Source: a virus. Taken from it: a DNA stretch of 64,000 bases. The translations under genes were made by a program, and so were the position numbers. Shown in pieces: positions 28,918 to 41,211 of this stretch. Below the pieces are notes generated by a model that was given only the letters and a program-made list of their open reading frames with translations, was not told where the DNA came from and did no database searches. Position 1 is the first letter of the stretch, and every line of letters begins with the position of its first letter. The stretch is taken from IMG/VR virus record IMGVR_UViG_3300022841_000013, positions 6,822-70,821 of that record; one strand, 5' to 3'.

Positions 28918-29975
28918 ATTTTACCTAAATAATACTCTAAATTGTTGTTTAGCCGAGAATCATCAGGATTTAGCTCTATAGCCTGTTTTCCGTATAGAAT
29001 AGAGTTTTCAAAGTCTCCCAGCCAATAGCTGGATATAGCAGCTAAATCCCATGGGAGGTACCCCCATGCGAAATCTTCGCATAAAAAGTCCAATGGCTTA
29101 TTTTCAATATCTAACGCCATTTTTGCGTATTTCAAGCATTCCTGCCAGTTAGACTCAGTGAAGTACAATTGAGAGAGTTCAACTAAGGACTCTCTTCGAC
29201 CAGGAGCTTGGAGAATTGCCGATAAAAGCCACTTTTCACTCTCAACGGGAGTCATCTTGGCTAAATACCTCATAGAGGCAGCTCGTTCCGGTGCCCAAAG
29301 GGCCGTAGGGAGGGCAAGATGGCGTTTAAACTCTTCTATTGCTTCAGGATACTTATTCCAGAAGAAAAGTTCTCTGGCATAGTAATAAGCATTTCGGTCA
29401 TCATTTGGTGCCTCATCGATAGACATCTTTAGAAGGGAAAAATACTGAGCCCTTGACTTAGTTTTGTCTGGGTGGTGTTGAATCTTAAGCCCAATCCATC
29501 CTTGAGTCTCTGGAATCTCCCCGTAAGGCCGTAAAACCTCATGAACTGGGTGCGTCCACCTATACCCAGCTCTAGCGTGAATCTTGTCACCGCCATACTG
29601 GAGCCCTGGCTCGGTCTCAGCGTCGTTTTTCCAGTTCCACGTATATTCATACCTCGGACGCGTCCAGCCCTTCTCTAGGGCATTCTCGAGCTCCTCACGC
29701 CATCCTGGTAAGAGGACCTCATCCATATCTAAGGCGATACAGTAGTCAACATCCTCAGGAATCGAAATAAGGGAGGAATTACGTGCGTCATCGAACCGCC
29801 AAGGTCGAACTTTTACGTCTATTACGTTAATTCCGAGCTTTTTGGCTACTTTTACGGTATTGTCCGTACTTCCAGTATCTGCGATTAAGAGGTAATCGGC
29901 GTCTTTTGCGCTTTCATGCCATTTTTTGACAAAACTCTCCTCATTAAGAGCAATTGTGTATACTGCTACCTTCAT
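28914..29975 (-). CDS. Glycosyltransferase family 2 with C-terminal TPR repeats
   Basis: VAVYTIALNEE, DTGSTDNT, FDDARN, LDMDE (DxD) and VHEVL, followed by a helical TPR-like C-terminus. Confidence 0.85.
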   Translation of the reverse strand: MKVAVYTIALNEESFVKKWHESAKDADYLLIADTGSTDNTVKVAKKLGINVIDVKVRPWRFDDARNSSLISIPEDVDYCIALDMDEVLLPGWREELENALEKGWTRPRYEYTWNWKNDAETEPGLQYGGDKIHARAGYRWTHPVHEVLRPYGEIPETQGWIGLKIQHHPDKTKSRAQYFSLLKMSIDEAPNDDRNAYYYARELFFWNKYPEAIEEFKRHLALPTALWAPERAASMRYLAKMTPVESEKWLLSAILQAPGRRESLVELSQLYFTESNWQECLKYAKMALDIENKPLDFLCEDFAWGYLPWDLAAISSYWLGDFENSILYGKQAIELNPDDSRLNNNLEYYLGKI

Positions 29976-29979
29976 GAGC

Positions 29980-31188
29980 TTAGACTTCACCCTTAACAGC
30001 TAAAACGCTGATAAATTCTCGTGGCTCAAAGTCGCCACCGATAACGGCAGTCAGTAATCCGGGCTTTGACTCCATTCCGCTACGATCACGGAACCATTCG
30101 CTTCCGGGGTCTGTTGTAGGACACTGCAGCCATAGTCTGTCACTGATATCCATGCTTCTAAAGTTGTGGTAATGGCCCGACACCCACAGGTCAGCCATAC
30201 CTAGAGCTGTCTGCCCTGCAGCGTGACCGGACAGGAATTTCATAATGTTATTCTGCCCTGCTTGGTGTCCATGGAATAGTCCCAGCATTGAGCCGGCAAC
30301 GTTAACGGTTAGAGTCTGATGACCGCTAGAGGGATACCTGAACTCAATGTGGGCAAGCTCTGGGTTCTCTGCGCAGATGTCTTGGACTGCAGAAGCGATT
30401 TCTACGTTCCAGCCATCAGCCGGGTCAGCAGCTACCTGACGAGTTACCTCGTCATGGTTACCGTTAACAACAGGCACAATCATGTGATCTGTGAGAGGGG
30501 CAAAAGCTTTAATCTGTGCCAGAAGTAATCTACGGGCAACTCTTGTCTGCTCTGTGAGCCCTAGATCCGATGCAGCAAGACCCTGAAGCCTTCCATGCTG
30601 ACTTGTGTTACCTTCAACGTGGTCTCCAGGTAGCGCAAGACAGATAGTTCCTAATGATAGGCCCATCCTCTTATATGCTTCAAACCTGTGTACCGCGCTC
30701 TCAGTGAGCTGCAGTAGCCGACCTATAGATTGTGGTGTTCCTTGGTCACCGGCCTTCTTACCGATCTGCTGGTCGCTAGGTGCCACCATGAAGGCACCTG
30801 TTCCGGTTGACTTCTTGATGCCCTTAGACGGGCGCCATTTTTTCATCTCGTCCATCAGGGACTCGACGTCGAAGCCATCTTCTGCAACTTGACCTGTTGG
30901 TACAAGGTTTACTCGTACCGATTCTAGGTAGTCACCATCAAATTTCTGCCACTTGCCTCTTCGCATGGACGAAACTGTCCACTCTCGAGGATCTAGTCCA
31001 AAGTCTTCCAGGACAGTAGTGGCGTCTGTTATTTCGCCTTCCGGGCGAGGGGCGGAGATTACAAAGCCACCTTTAACCGAATCTATATCCATTCGGGACC
31101 GCCAGTCTTCCGGGACTCCTACTTTCTTCAAATCTGATCCACTGCGACCAGGTGAACGAAGCTCTTCTAGTTTCTTTGCCAAATCCAT
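29980..31188 (-). CDS. Calcineurin-like metallophosphoesterase (MRE11-like)
   Basis: SDQQIG, GDHVEG, GNHDE, HGHQ and GHYH motifs. Confidence 0.8.
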   Translation of the reverse strand: MDLAKKLEELRSPGRSGSDLKKVGVPEDWRSRMDIDSVKGGFVISAPRPEGEITDATTVLEDFGLDPREWTVSSMRRGKWQKFDGDYLESVRVNLVPTGQVAEDGFDVESLMDEMKKWRPSKGIKKSTGTGAFMVAPSDQQIGKKAGDQGTPQSIGRLLQLTESAVHRFEAYKRMGLSLGTICLALPGDHVEGNTSQHGRLQGLAASDLGLTEQTRVARRLLLAQIKAFAPLTDHMIVPVVNGNHDEVTRQVAADPADGWNVEIASAVQDICAENPELAHIEFRYPSSGHQTLTVNVAGSMLGLFHGHQAGQNNIMKFLSGHAAGQTALGMADLWVSGHYHNFRSMDISDRLWLQCPTTDPGSEWFRDRSGMESKPGLLTAVIGGDFEPREFISVLAVKGEV

Positions 31189-31463
31189 TATGCTCCCGTT
31201 ATCACTCTATAGCAAGCACAGTCTCTACGCCTATGGCGATCAACTGCGCTTGAACTTATATCATAGCCTTCTTCTCGAAGAGCGTATGCGAGTCGTCTGT
31301 TCGGCACATAACCTTCGGCTAACGGACTAGAGTTTACAACCGAAATAACGGAGTCTACGTCTGCTTCAGTTAGCTTTGGATCCTGTAGAACTGATATCAG
31401 CTTACACATGAAGGTTTTCTTATATGATGTCTTAGCATTCGTTATTCGATCTACTAAAGCCAT
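31188..31463 (-). CDS. Hypothetical small DNA-binding-like protein
   Basis: Strong SD (AAGGAG); LAYALREEGYDISSSAVDRHRRRDCAC suggests an HTH with Zn ligands. Confidence 0.6.
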   Translation of the reverse strand: MALVDRITNAKTSYKKTFMCKLISVLQDPKLTEADVDSVISVVNSSPLAEGYVPNRRLAYALREEGYDISSSAVDRHRRRDCACYRVITGA

Positions 31464-31535
31464 AATCTCTCCTTAAATACGAGTTGAGACTATGCTACTA
31501 CATTATTAAGATTTTTGCGACTCTTTGGTCGATAA

Positions 31536-31628
31536 TTATTTGTGTTTGGTTTCACATTCCCGAGCTAGTGATGGTACAACGTGGTGTTTTACGCAAACGG
31601 CGCAAACGTATTCTTTTGAATTAGCCAA
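31536..31628 (-). CDS. 30-aa zinc-finger-like peptide (not in the ORF track)
   Basis: GAGGT SD, TTG start, MANSKEYVCAVCVKHHVVPSLARECETKHK (C-x2-C-x12-C-x3-H). Confidence 0.6.
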   Translation of the reverse strand: MANSKEYVCAVCVKHHVVPSLARECETKHK

Positions 31629-31680
31629 TATGTAGTTACCTCGGGTATCTAGAGATTCTCTCTTAGTAACTATCTTCTCA

Positions 31681-32499
31681 CTATTCGGAAGGTTCTTTTT
31701 CTTCTGCCTCTGTAGATTCAGCCTCTAGTTGAGCAGCTTCTTGTCTTCGTGCCAGCTCTACCCTCACTTCTTCGATCTGTAGCGACGCAACAAAAGTCCC
31801 ATTAAAGACATAATCTCCGGAGTGCGTAATTCTAACCCAGGGGGCTGCCCATACGTCGTTACCGGCCTCACGCCACATTTTGCAGAAAGTATAATCTTCT
31901 GACAAGAGAGTTCCGTCCTCATCAATTACAGTTGTAAAAAACTCGGTAACCTGTTCTCCCATATTTATGCCCAGGTTACCGACAGAGTTGTGATTATAGG
32001 TGGGGAGAGTCGTTTTCAGTTCTTCGAGAACAGAACGCTTAATTGCCATCATACCGGTTCCTGTAGCTTTAACCTTAAACGGTGCATCACTCTCAAAATC
32101 TTTTGCGCCCTCTGGGAACAGGTTGGAGGCGAAGTACCCAGAGTAGAGCGATAGATTTTGGAATCCTGCTAACGCTGCAAGCCTCACATTCTCCCAGTTG
32201 ATGCCCTTCATCGGGTATATCGCACCAATAAGGTCCTTATCGGATTCAAGCATCCTAAGTACGTCTTCTGCTTCGAATCCATGGTCTGCATCAATAAACA
32301 GTAGTACATCGAAATCTGTTTTCAAGAATTTGTGAGCTAGAGTATTTCTAGCTCTAGTGATTAGGCTCTCATTTCCAACCGTCGTAGTCCCAACAGTGTG
32401 CCCCGCCTGGGCCAGGGTAGCAACTAGGTTCTGCAGACTTATGGTGTAATTGCTTTTAGCAAGACCACCATACATCGGCGTGGCTATAAAAATCTTCAC
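31681..32499 (-). CDS. GT-A-fold glycosyltransferase-like protein
   Basis: KIFIATPMYGG, ESLITRARN, LLFIDAD (DxD), GTGMMAIKR and LSEDYTFC..WR motifs. Confidence 0.7.
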   Translation of the reverse strand: MKIFIATPMYGGLAKSNYTISLQNLVATLAQAGHTVGTTTVGNESLITRARNTLAHKFLKTDFDVLLFIDADHGFEAEDVLRMLESDKDLIGAIYPMKGINWENVRLAALAGFQNLSLYSGYFASNLFPEGAKDFESDAPFKVKATGTGMMAIKRSVLEELKTTLPTYNHNSVGNLGINMGEQVTEFFTTVIDEDGTLLSEDYTFCKMWREAGNDVWAAPWVRITHSGDYVFNGTFVASLQIEEVRVELARRQEAAQLEAESTEAEEKEPSE

Positions 32500-32516
32500 T
32501 TTCTCTCCTTAACTAG

Positions 32517-35210
32517 TTAAAAAGCACCTTTTGAGTACTTTGCGTGCATGCTAAAGTCTACCACGGGGGCGCTCTGGACCTCTCTAGGGATACTCTGATA
32601 GCCTCTAATTGTAGCTCTAGTTCCGACACCTATAATGTCTATGCCCCTATCACTTAGCTTTCTCTGGAATCCAATCTGGGTAAGATTGCGCTCATCACGT
32701 GCAGCACTCCAATTCTTATACACATGGAACAGTGTGGACAGATCGGTAGTAGCTCCCACCACTTCAATGGTTTCTTCCTCCAGAAAGGCTCCGATTCTGT
32801 CTTCATTCTTCTTGTAAATGTCATGGGCCTCTTTAATTACAGAGCACCACCCGAGTGGGTCTTTGGCGCTTGAGTTCAAGTACTTGACCGCGCCCTCTAC
32901 AGCCCAGGCAAGGACAGCAGGAAGCGCTCCCTCTGGGTCTGCCAGATACTCTTTCAAGGTTGGGTCCGGCACTTCTGGCTTATTAGTCAGAGGGATTGGT
33001 CGCATACGACGCCACATAGCGTCATCTGTAATAATAGGACGGTGGTTTGTGGAGATCCACAACTTACCGTGAGAGGTGAACTGAATCGGCTTCTCTCCAG
33101 GAGAACGTCCCTGCAGAGTGCCGGAACCAGTTAACTTCTTAACTTGATTCTCTTTAATACGCCCATTCTCTGGGAGCTCGTCTACCCAAATCATACGGCG
33201 ACCACGTAGCTCCGCCATGTGATATTCGTCAGTACTATTCATTCGGTCGCTAGCTGCAAGAACATTTGAGTCAAGGGCCCACGCGTACTGAGACTTTCCC
33301 AATGCTTCATAGATAGTCTCAACAAATGTATTCTTACCAGATCCCGGAGGGCCATAAATTAGAAACATTATGTCTTGGCTATTTAGCCCGGTTAGCGTGT
33401 ACCCAACTGCGCGTTGTAGCCAGTCCTGAAGTTCTTTATCGCCACTGGTTGCTTCTTCCAAGAACTTTGTCCAACGAACATTAGTCATGCCCGGTACATA
33501 GGAAATAGGAGATCGCCTGGTGATGTGCAAGTCTGGTCGCCCAACCTTAAGTTCACCGGTCTTCAAGTCGACCACGCCGTTAGCGACCCCCATTAGTGTG
33601 GGGCTATTATCCCATTGCTCTAATTCAACCTGGATACGCTCATCTGAGTTTGCTTGCTCAACTAGGGATTGGATACGGGCATTAGATTTAGCTTGATTCG
33701 CCCATTTTATTATCTCGCCAGCTCTCGTGTCATCAGTTGGATAGTTGACAACCTCGCTTGCGCAAACAGTAGACACCATCTTAGACACTTCTCGTATAGC
33801 CAATTTTTGTGTGTCCGGCTTCCAATAGTTACCGTCCCAGAGGAACCAGCCCACGTTTGGGGTGTACCTAATAGTAGAACCAAATGCGTCTACAAGTCGC
33901 CTACCGTTACCAACATCACTAAGGCTTCGGTATCCTGGGCGTCCACCAGCTTTTCCACTGAGAGCGTCTACGTCTTTAGGTAAGTTTAGGTTACCTCCAA
34001 GAGCAACATCTTTAAGACTACGACCTTCCGAAGCATAGGTTGCCATTTGGTCACCAATACTATTAGCGGTATCTGGCGATACTCCATCTGACCCCTCTAG
34101 AGGCGCTAAATACGTACCTTCATCGTTCTCATGGGCAAAGGTATTCGCAGCTGTGGTTGTGGTCAAGAACTGGGTTGAGAGGTTAGCACCAATATCCATG
34201 CCCTGCTCTTTTACCCAATCTGAGATTCCACCCCAGAAGAGATTTATTTTAGGGTTATCCGCTACCCAATCTAGGGCTCTACGGGTATGCATAAGCACGG
34301 AATTAGGACCCTCGATCTCCATCGGAGGTGTGACCATCTCGGCGTTAAATCTCAGCATTAGGGATTCAACCACAAGCCTTCCCTCCATGGACGTGCCGTG
34401 CTTATTGGCCAGGGCACATGCTAAAGAGTAGAGCCCAACCGCTCTATTGCCTTCGGTTATCCCTTCTTCGAGAATTTTCTCTATGTCTATGCGATTGTCG
34501 CCTAATGCTAGATCAGAAAGAAAATCCCAATTGGCTGTGCTGTAGCTGGTTCCATTTGGGCCTTTACGTGCTGACCTAGAGCGTATTATTGTCAGTAGCT
34601 CTTCTGGAGCTTCTGCAATTTCCATATTCCAAGGTGCATGGCCCTCCTTCCAGTCATAAGTGACACCAGAGTGGTGCCTAGACGGAGAGATTAGTACGTA
34701 TCCGTTGTGCTTGATATCTAGTCCGCCAAGACCTTGAGCATTGAAGTTACCAATAAACTTTTCGTCTGGACCGCACTTGTAGATCATGTGTCGCCCGCGA
34801 ACATGTTCGCCGGTCTCCTGACTCCAATAAACCCCGGTTATAGCTTCCACCGTAGGGGGTAAACCGTCTTTGGCCATCTCTTTAAGCTTCTCAAAAGATG
34901 CATCACCACCAGAGCGTGGATCAATGTCAATTACAAAGTATCCTGACTCTTTTGCAAATAATGCAACATTATAGTTAGGGTCTTCGGCCCACCACTTGTC
35001 TAGTCTATCTACATCAGTAGTAGCATCCTTCTGCCCCTGAGCAGATGCTGGGTGCTTAGCAATTTCTTTGCTATCTTTATGGACTCTCCCGCACGTACAC
35101 TTGCCGTGATCATCTATGCCGTGTACAGGAAAAACTTGCCAGTTGAGAGTCTGAGCGTAGTATTTAGCTGCAGGACCGAGTCGTCCGTCAGCTGAGGTCC
35201 AGTCTCCCAT
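32517..35210 (-). CDS. Bifunctional primase-polymerase / SF3 (D5/P4-type) helicase
   Basis: N-terminal prim-pol (VFPVHG..CTCG..KHP..VIDIDPR..GRHMIY); C-terminal YGPPGSGKNT, WVDELPE, STNHRP and AMWRRM. Confidence 0.9.
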   Translation of the reverse strand: MGDWTSADGRLGPAAKYYAQTLNWQVFPVHGIDDHGKCTCGRVHKDSKEIAKHPASAQGQKDATTDVDRLDKWWAEDPNYNVALFAKESGYFVIDIDPRSGGDASFEKLKEMAKDGLPPTVEAITGVYWSQETGEHVRGRHMIYKCGPDEKFIGNFNAQGLGGLDIKHNGYVLISPSRHHSGVTYDWKEGHAPWNMEIAEAPEELLTIIRSRSARKGPNGTSYSTANWDFLSDLALGDNRIDIEKILEEGITEGNRAVGLYSLACALANKHGTSMEGRLVVESLMLRFNAEMVTPPMEIEGPNSVLMHTRRALDWVADNPKINLFWGGISDWVKEQGMDIGANLSTQFLTTTTAANTFAHENDEGTYLAPLEGSDGVSPDTANSIGDQMATYASEGRSLKDVALGGNLNLPKDVDALSGKAGGRPGYRSLSDVGNGRRLVDAFGSTIRYTPNVGWFLWDGNYWKPDTQKLAIREVSKMVSTVCASEVVNYPTDDTRAGEIIKWANQAKSNARIQSLVEQANSDERIQVELEQWDNSPTLMGVANGVVDLKTGELKVGRPDLHITRRSPISYVPGMTNVRWTKFLEEATSGDKELQDWLQRAVGYTLTGLNSQDIMFLIYGPPGSGKNTFVETIYEALGKSQYAWALDSNVLAASDRMNSTDEYHMAELRGRRMIWVDELPENGRIKENQVKKLTGSGTLQGRSPGEKPIQFTSHGKLWISTNHRPIITDDAMWRRMRPIPLTNKPEVPDPTLKEYLADPEGALPAVLAWAVEGAVKYLNSSAKDPLGWCSVIKEAHDIYKKNEDRIGAFLEEETIEVVGATTDLSTLFHVYKNWSAARDERNLTQIGFQRKLSDRGIDIIGVGTRATIRGYQSIPREVQSAPVVDFSMHAKYSKGAF

Positions 35211-35245
35211 TATTTTACCAATCTTCCGTAATTGCGAGTAGTCAT
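35210..35245 (-). CDS. 11-aa leader ORF (MTTRNYGRLVK) coupled to the primase gene
   Basis: GGAG SD 5 nt before the ATG; its TAA overlaps the primase ATG (TAATG). Confidence 0.4.
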   Translation of the reverse strand: MTTRNYGRLVK

Positions 35246-35433
35246 TAGTTCTCCAAAATCTGTCATCAGCTTACACCTTTTAAGTGCGTTTGCAAAACAA
35301 AACGCAAAAAATGTTTTAAAAGATTGTAAGGAGTGACCAACTTAATGGCTAGACTCCCGAATCGGGGGGCCCTTAGTAGGGTAAAATGGGTAAAAGCAAA
35401 ACTAATCACTCTCCCGGGTAGGACTAAGTATAT

Positions 35434-35796
35434 ATGAACAATGAACTCCTGATGGCCGTAGCAGCATCAATTACTGCTTTTGGCGTCTTAATTGCGGCTA
35501 TGGTCGCTGTTTATCGGATAGCAAAGCGTGTCGATGATGCGCTTGGCATTGATAAGGACGGCAGGTCAGTAGCAGACCGCCTAGGGAGAGTCGAGCACCA
35601 ACTCTGGGAGAATGGCGGAAGCTCGCTAGCAGATCGTGTGAATAATATTGAAAATCACGTGATAAAAGTATCGTCTCAGTTGGATATTATTCGTGATTTG
35701 ACTATTGGCCTCCAAAAAGTTCAGACCAGAGAGATGAAAATAGTTGAGAGCCTAGAGAGGCCGGCACCTCGCACCAGGAAAAAGAAGTCTAGCTAG
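35434..35796 (+). CDS. Membrane-anchored coiled-coil protein (possibly holin-like)
   Basis: N-terminal TM helix, ENGGSSLADRVNNIE motif, basic C-terminus; preceded by AGTAGGGTAAAAT. Confidence 0.5.
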   Translation: MNNELLMAVAASITAFGVLIAAMVAVYRIAKRVDDALGIDKDGRSVADRLGRVEHQLWENGGSSLADRVNNIENHVIKVSSQLDIIRDLTIGLQKVQTREMKIVESLERPAPRTRKKKSS

Positions 35797-37648
35797 TGAA
35801 GCTGGTTACCCAGCTCCCCCCGCTCCTGATCTGAGCAGTACCTTCTACCCAAGTCCCGCCAGTCCTAACGCTGACCGTCCCATCTACCCACGCTGAGCCG
35901 TTCCAAACCTTTACATAGCCCCCAGCTGCTTCAACGGTTAGGCTGAGCACGTTTGTGTCAATAGACTCTGAGCTACCATTTGTAGCACGCATTTTAAATG
36001 AATAGGTGCCAGGCGTAGCAACGGATCCGCTAATCACTCCAGTAGCTGAATCAATAGCCAGGCCAGACGGTAGTGAGAATCCAGGTGTCTCGGAATATGT
36101 AACCGAAACTGGGCCCGCTGATACGGAGACTTGATCTGAATACGCCTCGTCTTGAACCACAATGCTGGAAGCCAAAACCTGGTCAGACCATATTAACGAT
36201 GCATCGTATACTGTTATCGAATAATTCTCGGTTGTTGTAGTCTCGTATGATGAATTTCTCGGGGTCAAACTGAAGGTTAAGGTCCCGAAGCTTGTAGGAG
36301 TTCCAGATAAGGTTGAAGTACTAAAACTATTCTCGCTAGTCTGAGCATTAAATGACAGCCCCATGTTCGGTAAGCCTACGACACCCCAATTATTTACATA
36401 ACTAGCAGAGACAGTACTGCTATATGCTAGGCCAACACGAGCCCCGGTAGCCAAAGTCGTGTCCGACCAAACAGGAAGTCGAGGCGACACCGTTATTGAA
36501 AAATACTCGGTTGATCCCGACTCACCTCCCGAGTTCCTAGGCGTTGCACTTACTGTATAGCTACCTGAATTTGTGGGAGTCCCCGATAATGTTACAGTGG
36601 AGAATGAAGTACCCGAAGTGGTTAGTCCAGGCGGGATACCATTAATTGTCCAGCTAGTGGCGTTTGTTGCGGAGAAATTAGATGAGTAGTAGGCTCCTAC
36701 TCTTGCAGCGCTAGATACAGAAGTGTCTGACCATGAAGGAAGGGCTGCAAGTATGGTGTATGTTCCTTGGGATGTCGCAGGATTTCCAGAAGGACCGTTA
36801 GCGTAAACGCTTACGGTATAGCTTCCTGGAGATACATTACCTACTTGACCAGTTATGTACCCATACGAGCCGTAATCTTGTACATACAGGCCAGAGATAG
36901 GTATGCTCAGAGCGCTATAGTTTGTCCCACTTTGTCCATAGTCGCTGAAAGTGTTAGAGGCATCAATGTAGTCAGCGACACTGTCCCCAACACGGAAGCT
37001 ACCAGACGAGACTCCATTAGTGAATGAGGGGTTACTGTAGGTTTGGGTCCAGCTAGCAGTCGCAGTTACGTCACTGTTGACAGTATAGTTCTGGCCCGCA
37101 GAATACGCTGACCCACCTATAATCCAGTAGTCAAATGTGTAGCCGGAGCGTGAGGATGACGGTAGCGATATTGAACTACCTTCGCTTACGGTTTGAGAGC
37201 CTGGAGAGTCTCCTCCGTTACCGTTAAAAGAGATGGTTCTATTAACTACAGTAACAACTTGGGCTACGTTTATACTTGCAGTAGCTGAGCCCAACAAGCT
37301 GTGGCTCACCGAGATAGAAACGGTAGTGCTGCCATTTGCGGAAGGTATGTACCTGCTGAATCCGCTATATATGGTAAAGCTTTGACCTGCAGCAAAGTTG
37401 AAGGAGAAGCTTAGACTGCTGTCCCCGCCTGTCTCAACTAGGGGGCCACTAGTGCTGTTTGCCCTACCGTTGGGCACAGAATACGAGCGAGGGGACCCAG
37501 TACTGCTTGGGCTATTGTTTACGGTTTGCCACTTCACTAGATTGGCAGAGACATCAATTCTAGTGCCGCCAGACACCGCGTAAGCTTCGGTGAAGAGTTC
37601 TATTCTGTATTGCGAGCGTGAGCTAAAGTTTGCATTTGTCTGAACCAC
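35789..37648 (-). CDS. Ig-like repeat virion/surface protein
   Basis: Ser/Thr-rich; InlB-B-like repeat (ISFNGNGG..RSGYTFDYW) and several He_PIG-like repeats (LPSGLAIDSATGVISG..GTYSF). Confidence 0.7.
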   Translation of the reverse strand: MVQTNANFSSRSQYRIELFTEAYAVSGGTRIDVSANLVKWQTVNNSPSSTGSPRSYSVPNGRANSTSGPLVETGGDSSLSFSFNFAAGQSFTIYSGFSRYIPSANGSTTVSISVSHSLLGSATASINVAQVVTVVNRTISFNGNGGDSPGSQTVSEGSSISLPSSSRSGYTFDYWIIGGSAYSAGQNYTVNSDVTATASWTQTYSNPSFTNGVSSGSFRVGDSVADYIDASNTFSDYGQSGTNYSALSIPISGLYVQDYGSYGYITGQVGNVSPGSYTVSVYANGPSGNPATSQGTYTILAALPSWSDTSVSSAARVGAYYSSNFSATNATSWTINGIPPGLTTSGTSFSTVTLSGTPTNSGSYTVSATPRNSGGESGSTEYFSITVSPRLPVWSDTTLATGARVGLAYSSTVSASYVNNWGVVGLPNMGLSFNAQTSENSFSTSTLSGTPTSFGTLTFSLTPRNSSYETTTTENYSITVYDASLIWSDQVLASSIVVQDEAYSDQVSVSAGPVSVTYSETPGFSLPSGLAIDSATGVISGSVATPGTYSFKMRATNGSSESIDTNVLSLTVEAAGGYVKVWNGSAWVDGTVSVRTGGTWVEGTAQIRSGGSWVTSFTS

Positions 37649-37669
37649 TTAAATCACCTCTACTTCTAG

Positions 37670-39360
<1,691 letters not shown>

Positions 39361-39361
<1 letters not shown>

Positions 39362-41211
39362 TATGGAGTCCCTCCGTCAATTTTGTTGAGCGCTTCCCAC
39401 AGTCCGGTAGATGAGTTGTATGAAGCAAGTGACCCGTCTTCTAGGTCTTCAGTTGGTAGTCCTAGACCGGCTGCGCCTGTGGGGCCCGTAACGGTTGAAT
39501 CCAAACCCGTTGCACCAGTTTGGCCCTGAATCCCTTGAGGCCCGGTTACACCAATAGGTCCAATGTCTCCAGTTTCGCCAATCGGACCAGTAGGCCCGGT
39601 TACGCCTTGAATTCCCTGCTCACCTTGGGGGCCGGTTACTCCCTGAATACCCTGCTCACCTTGAGGCCCAGTTACACCTTGAATTCCCTGCTCACTTTGG
39701 ACACCCTGAATTCCTTGTAGCCCTTGTGGCCCCGTTGGGCCCTGAACACCTTGGACACCTTGAGGTCCTGTTGGTCCTTGGGGGATGGTAAAATCTATAC
39801 TTTGGTTTGGAGACGCTCCGGATATTACTACTCCTGCAGAAACACCCGGATCAGCCGTAGTTGTAGTACCAACTGATAGTTCATTATTTGCTCCTGTAGG
39901 GCCTAGATCTCCTGTTGGGCCAGTAATGCCTTGAACCCCCTGAATACCCTGCTCACCTTGAGGCCCAGTTACACCTTGAATTCCCTGCGCACCCTGAGGA
40001 CCAACAATCTGACCTGCATCAGTCCAAGTCTCTGCACCATCTGAAACATAAAGATTACCATCAGCATCAACAATATATGCATCATTGCTACCTGCCCCAT
40101 TAGGCAAGCTTGCGACATCTGCAACCGAACCGACGAAATTAATATCAGTCCCCTGAGGCCCGGTTGGCCCTAACGAACCGGTGGGTCCTGTCGGTCCAAT
40201 TCGATTGGCGTTGATTTCAATCCAGTTTAGATCATAGTAGATGTAGAACCTAGCGTTTATATCATCAAACCAGGTATCGCCCTCTTCGGGCTCTACTGGA
40301 GGGGTTGAAGATACGTGATAGCTACCATCTGGTCCTGTAGCTCCTGTGGGCCCGAGCGAACCTGTTGGGCCAGTCTCGCCTGTCAGTCCAGAAATACCCT
40401 GTGAACCTGTCGGTCCGGTTAAGCCCCGAGGGCCGGTAGCTCCAAGTGCTCCCGTTGGTCCTGTTATTGATAGACCTGAGATCCCTTGAGGGCCAGTACT
40501 ACCTAATGATCCTTGAGTACCCTGCTGGCCGAGTGCCCCTGTGGGACCAGTAATACTTAGACCTGAAATACCAGTTGCACCTGTAGCCCCGGTAGGGCCC
40601 GTTGCTCCCGCTGCTCCAGTTGTTCCGGACTGCCCGCTAGTACCATCTTGACCGTCTAGTCCAGCTGCACCAGTTGGGCCAGTTGCGCCTATTTGTCCAG
40701 CTGCACCAGTTGGGCCAGTTGCGCCTTGAGGTCCACCTGCGCCGGTCATGCCTACAGGTCCGGTGATACTATGCCCTGCAACGCCCTGGGCTCCTCTTGT
40801 ACCCGCCCCACCTGCGCTCCCCTGAGGCCCAGTGGGTCCAGTTGGTCCGGTGATGGAGAGACCAGAAAGTCCAGTCAGTCCTGTCGCACCCGTTGGTCCT
40901 GAGCCACCAACTTGACCATCTTCACCATTAGTTCCAGAAGGTCCTGTCGCGCCCAGTGCGCCTGTTGGTCCTGTGGCTCCAATAGCACCCGTAGCCCCGG
41001 TAGGGCCTGTAACAGTGCTGTCAGCTCCTGCAGAACCAGTCCCGCCTGTGGCGCCTACTGCACCTGTTGGTCCGGTTTCGCCTGCAGCACCTGTACTACC
41101 TGTTGCGCCAGTCGGTCCTCCAGCGGGACCAGCCGCACCAGTTGGCCCAGCCGGACCTTGAGGGCCAGGACCCTTAACGTCTACAAATGCAAAATTGTCG
41201 GAAAGTACCAC
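39361..41211 (-). CDS. Collagen-like fibre protein
   Basis: Extensive Gly-X-Y repeats ([12 protein letters not shown]) interrupted by small globular domains. Confidence 0.85.
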
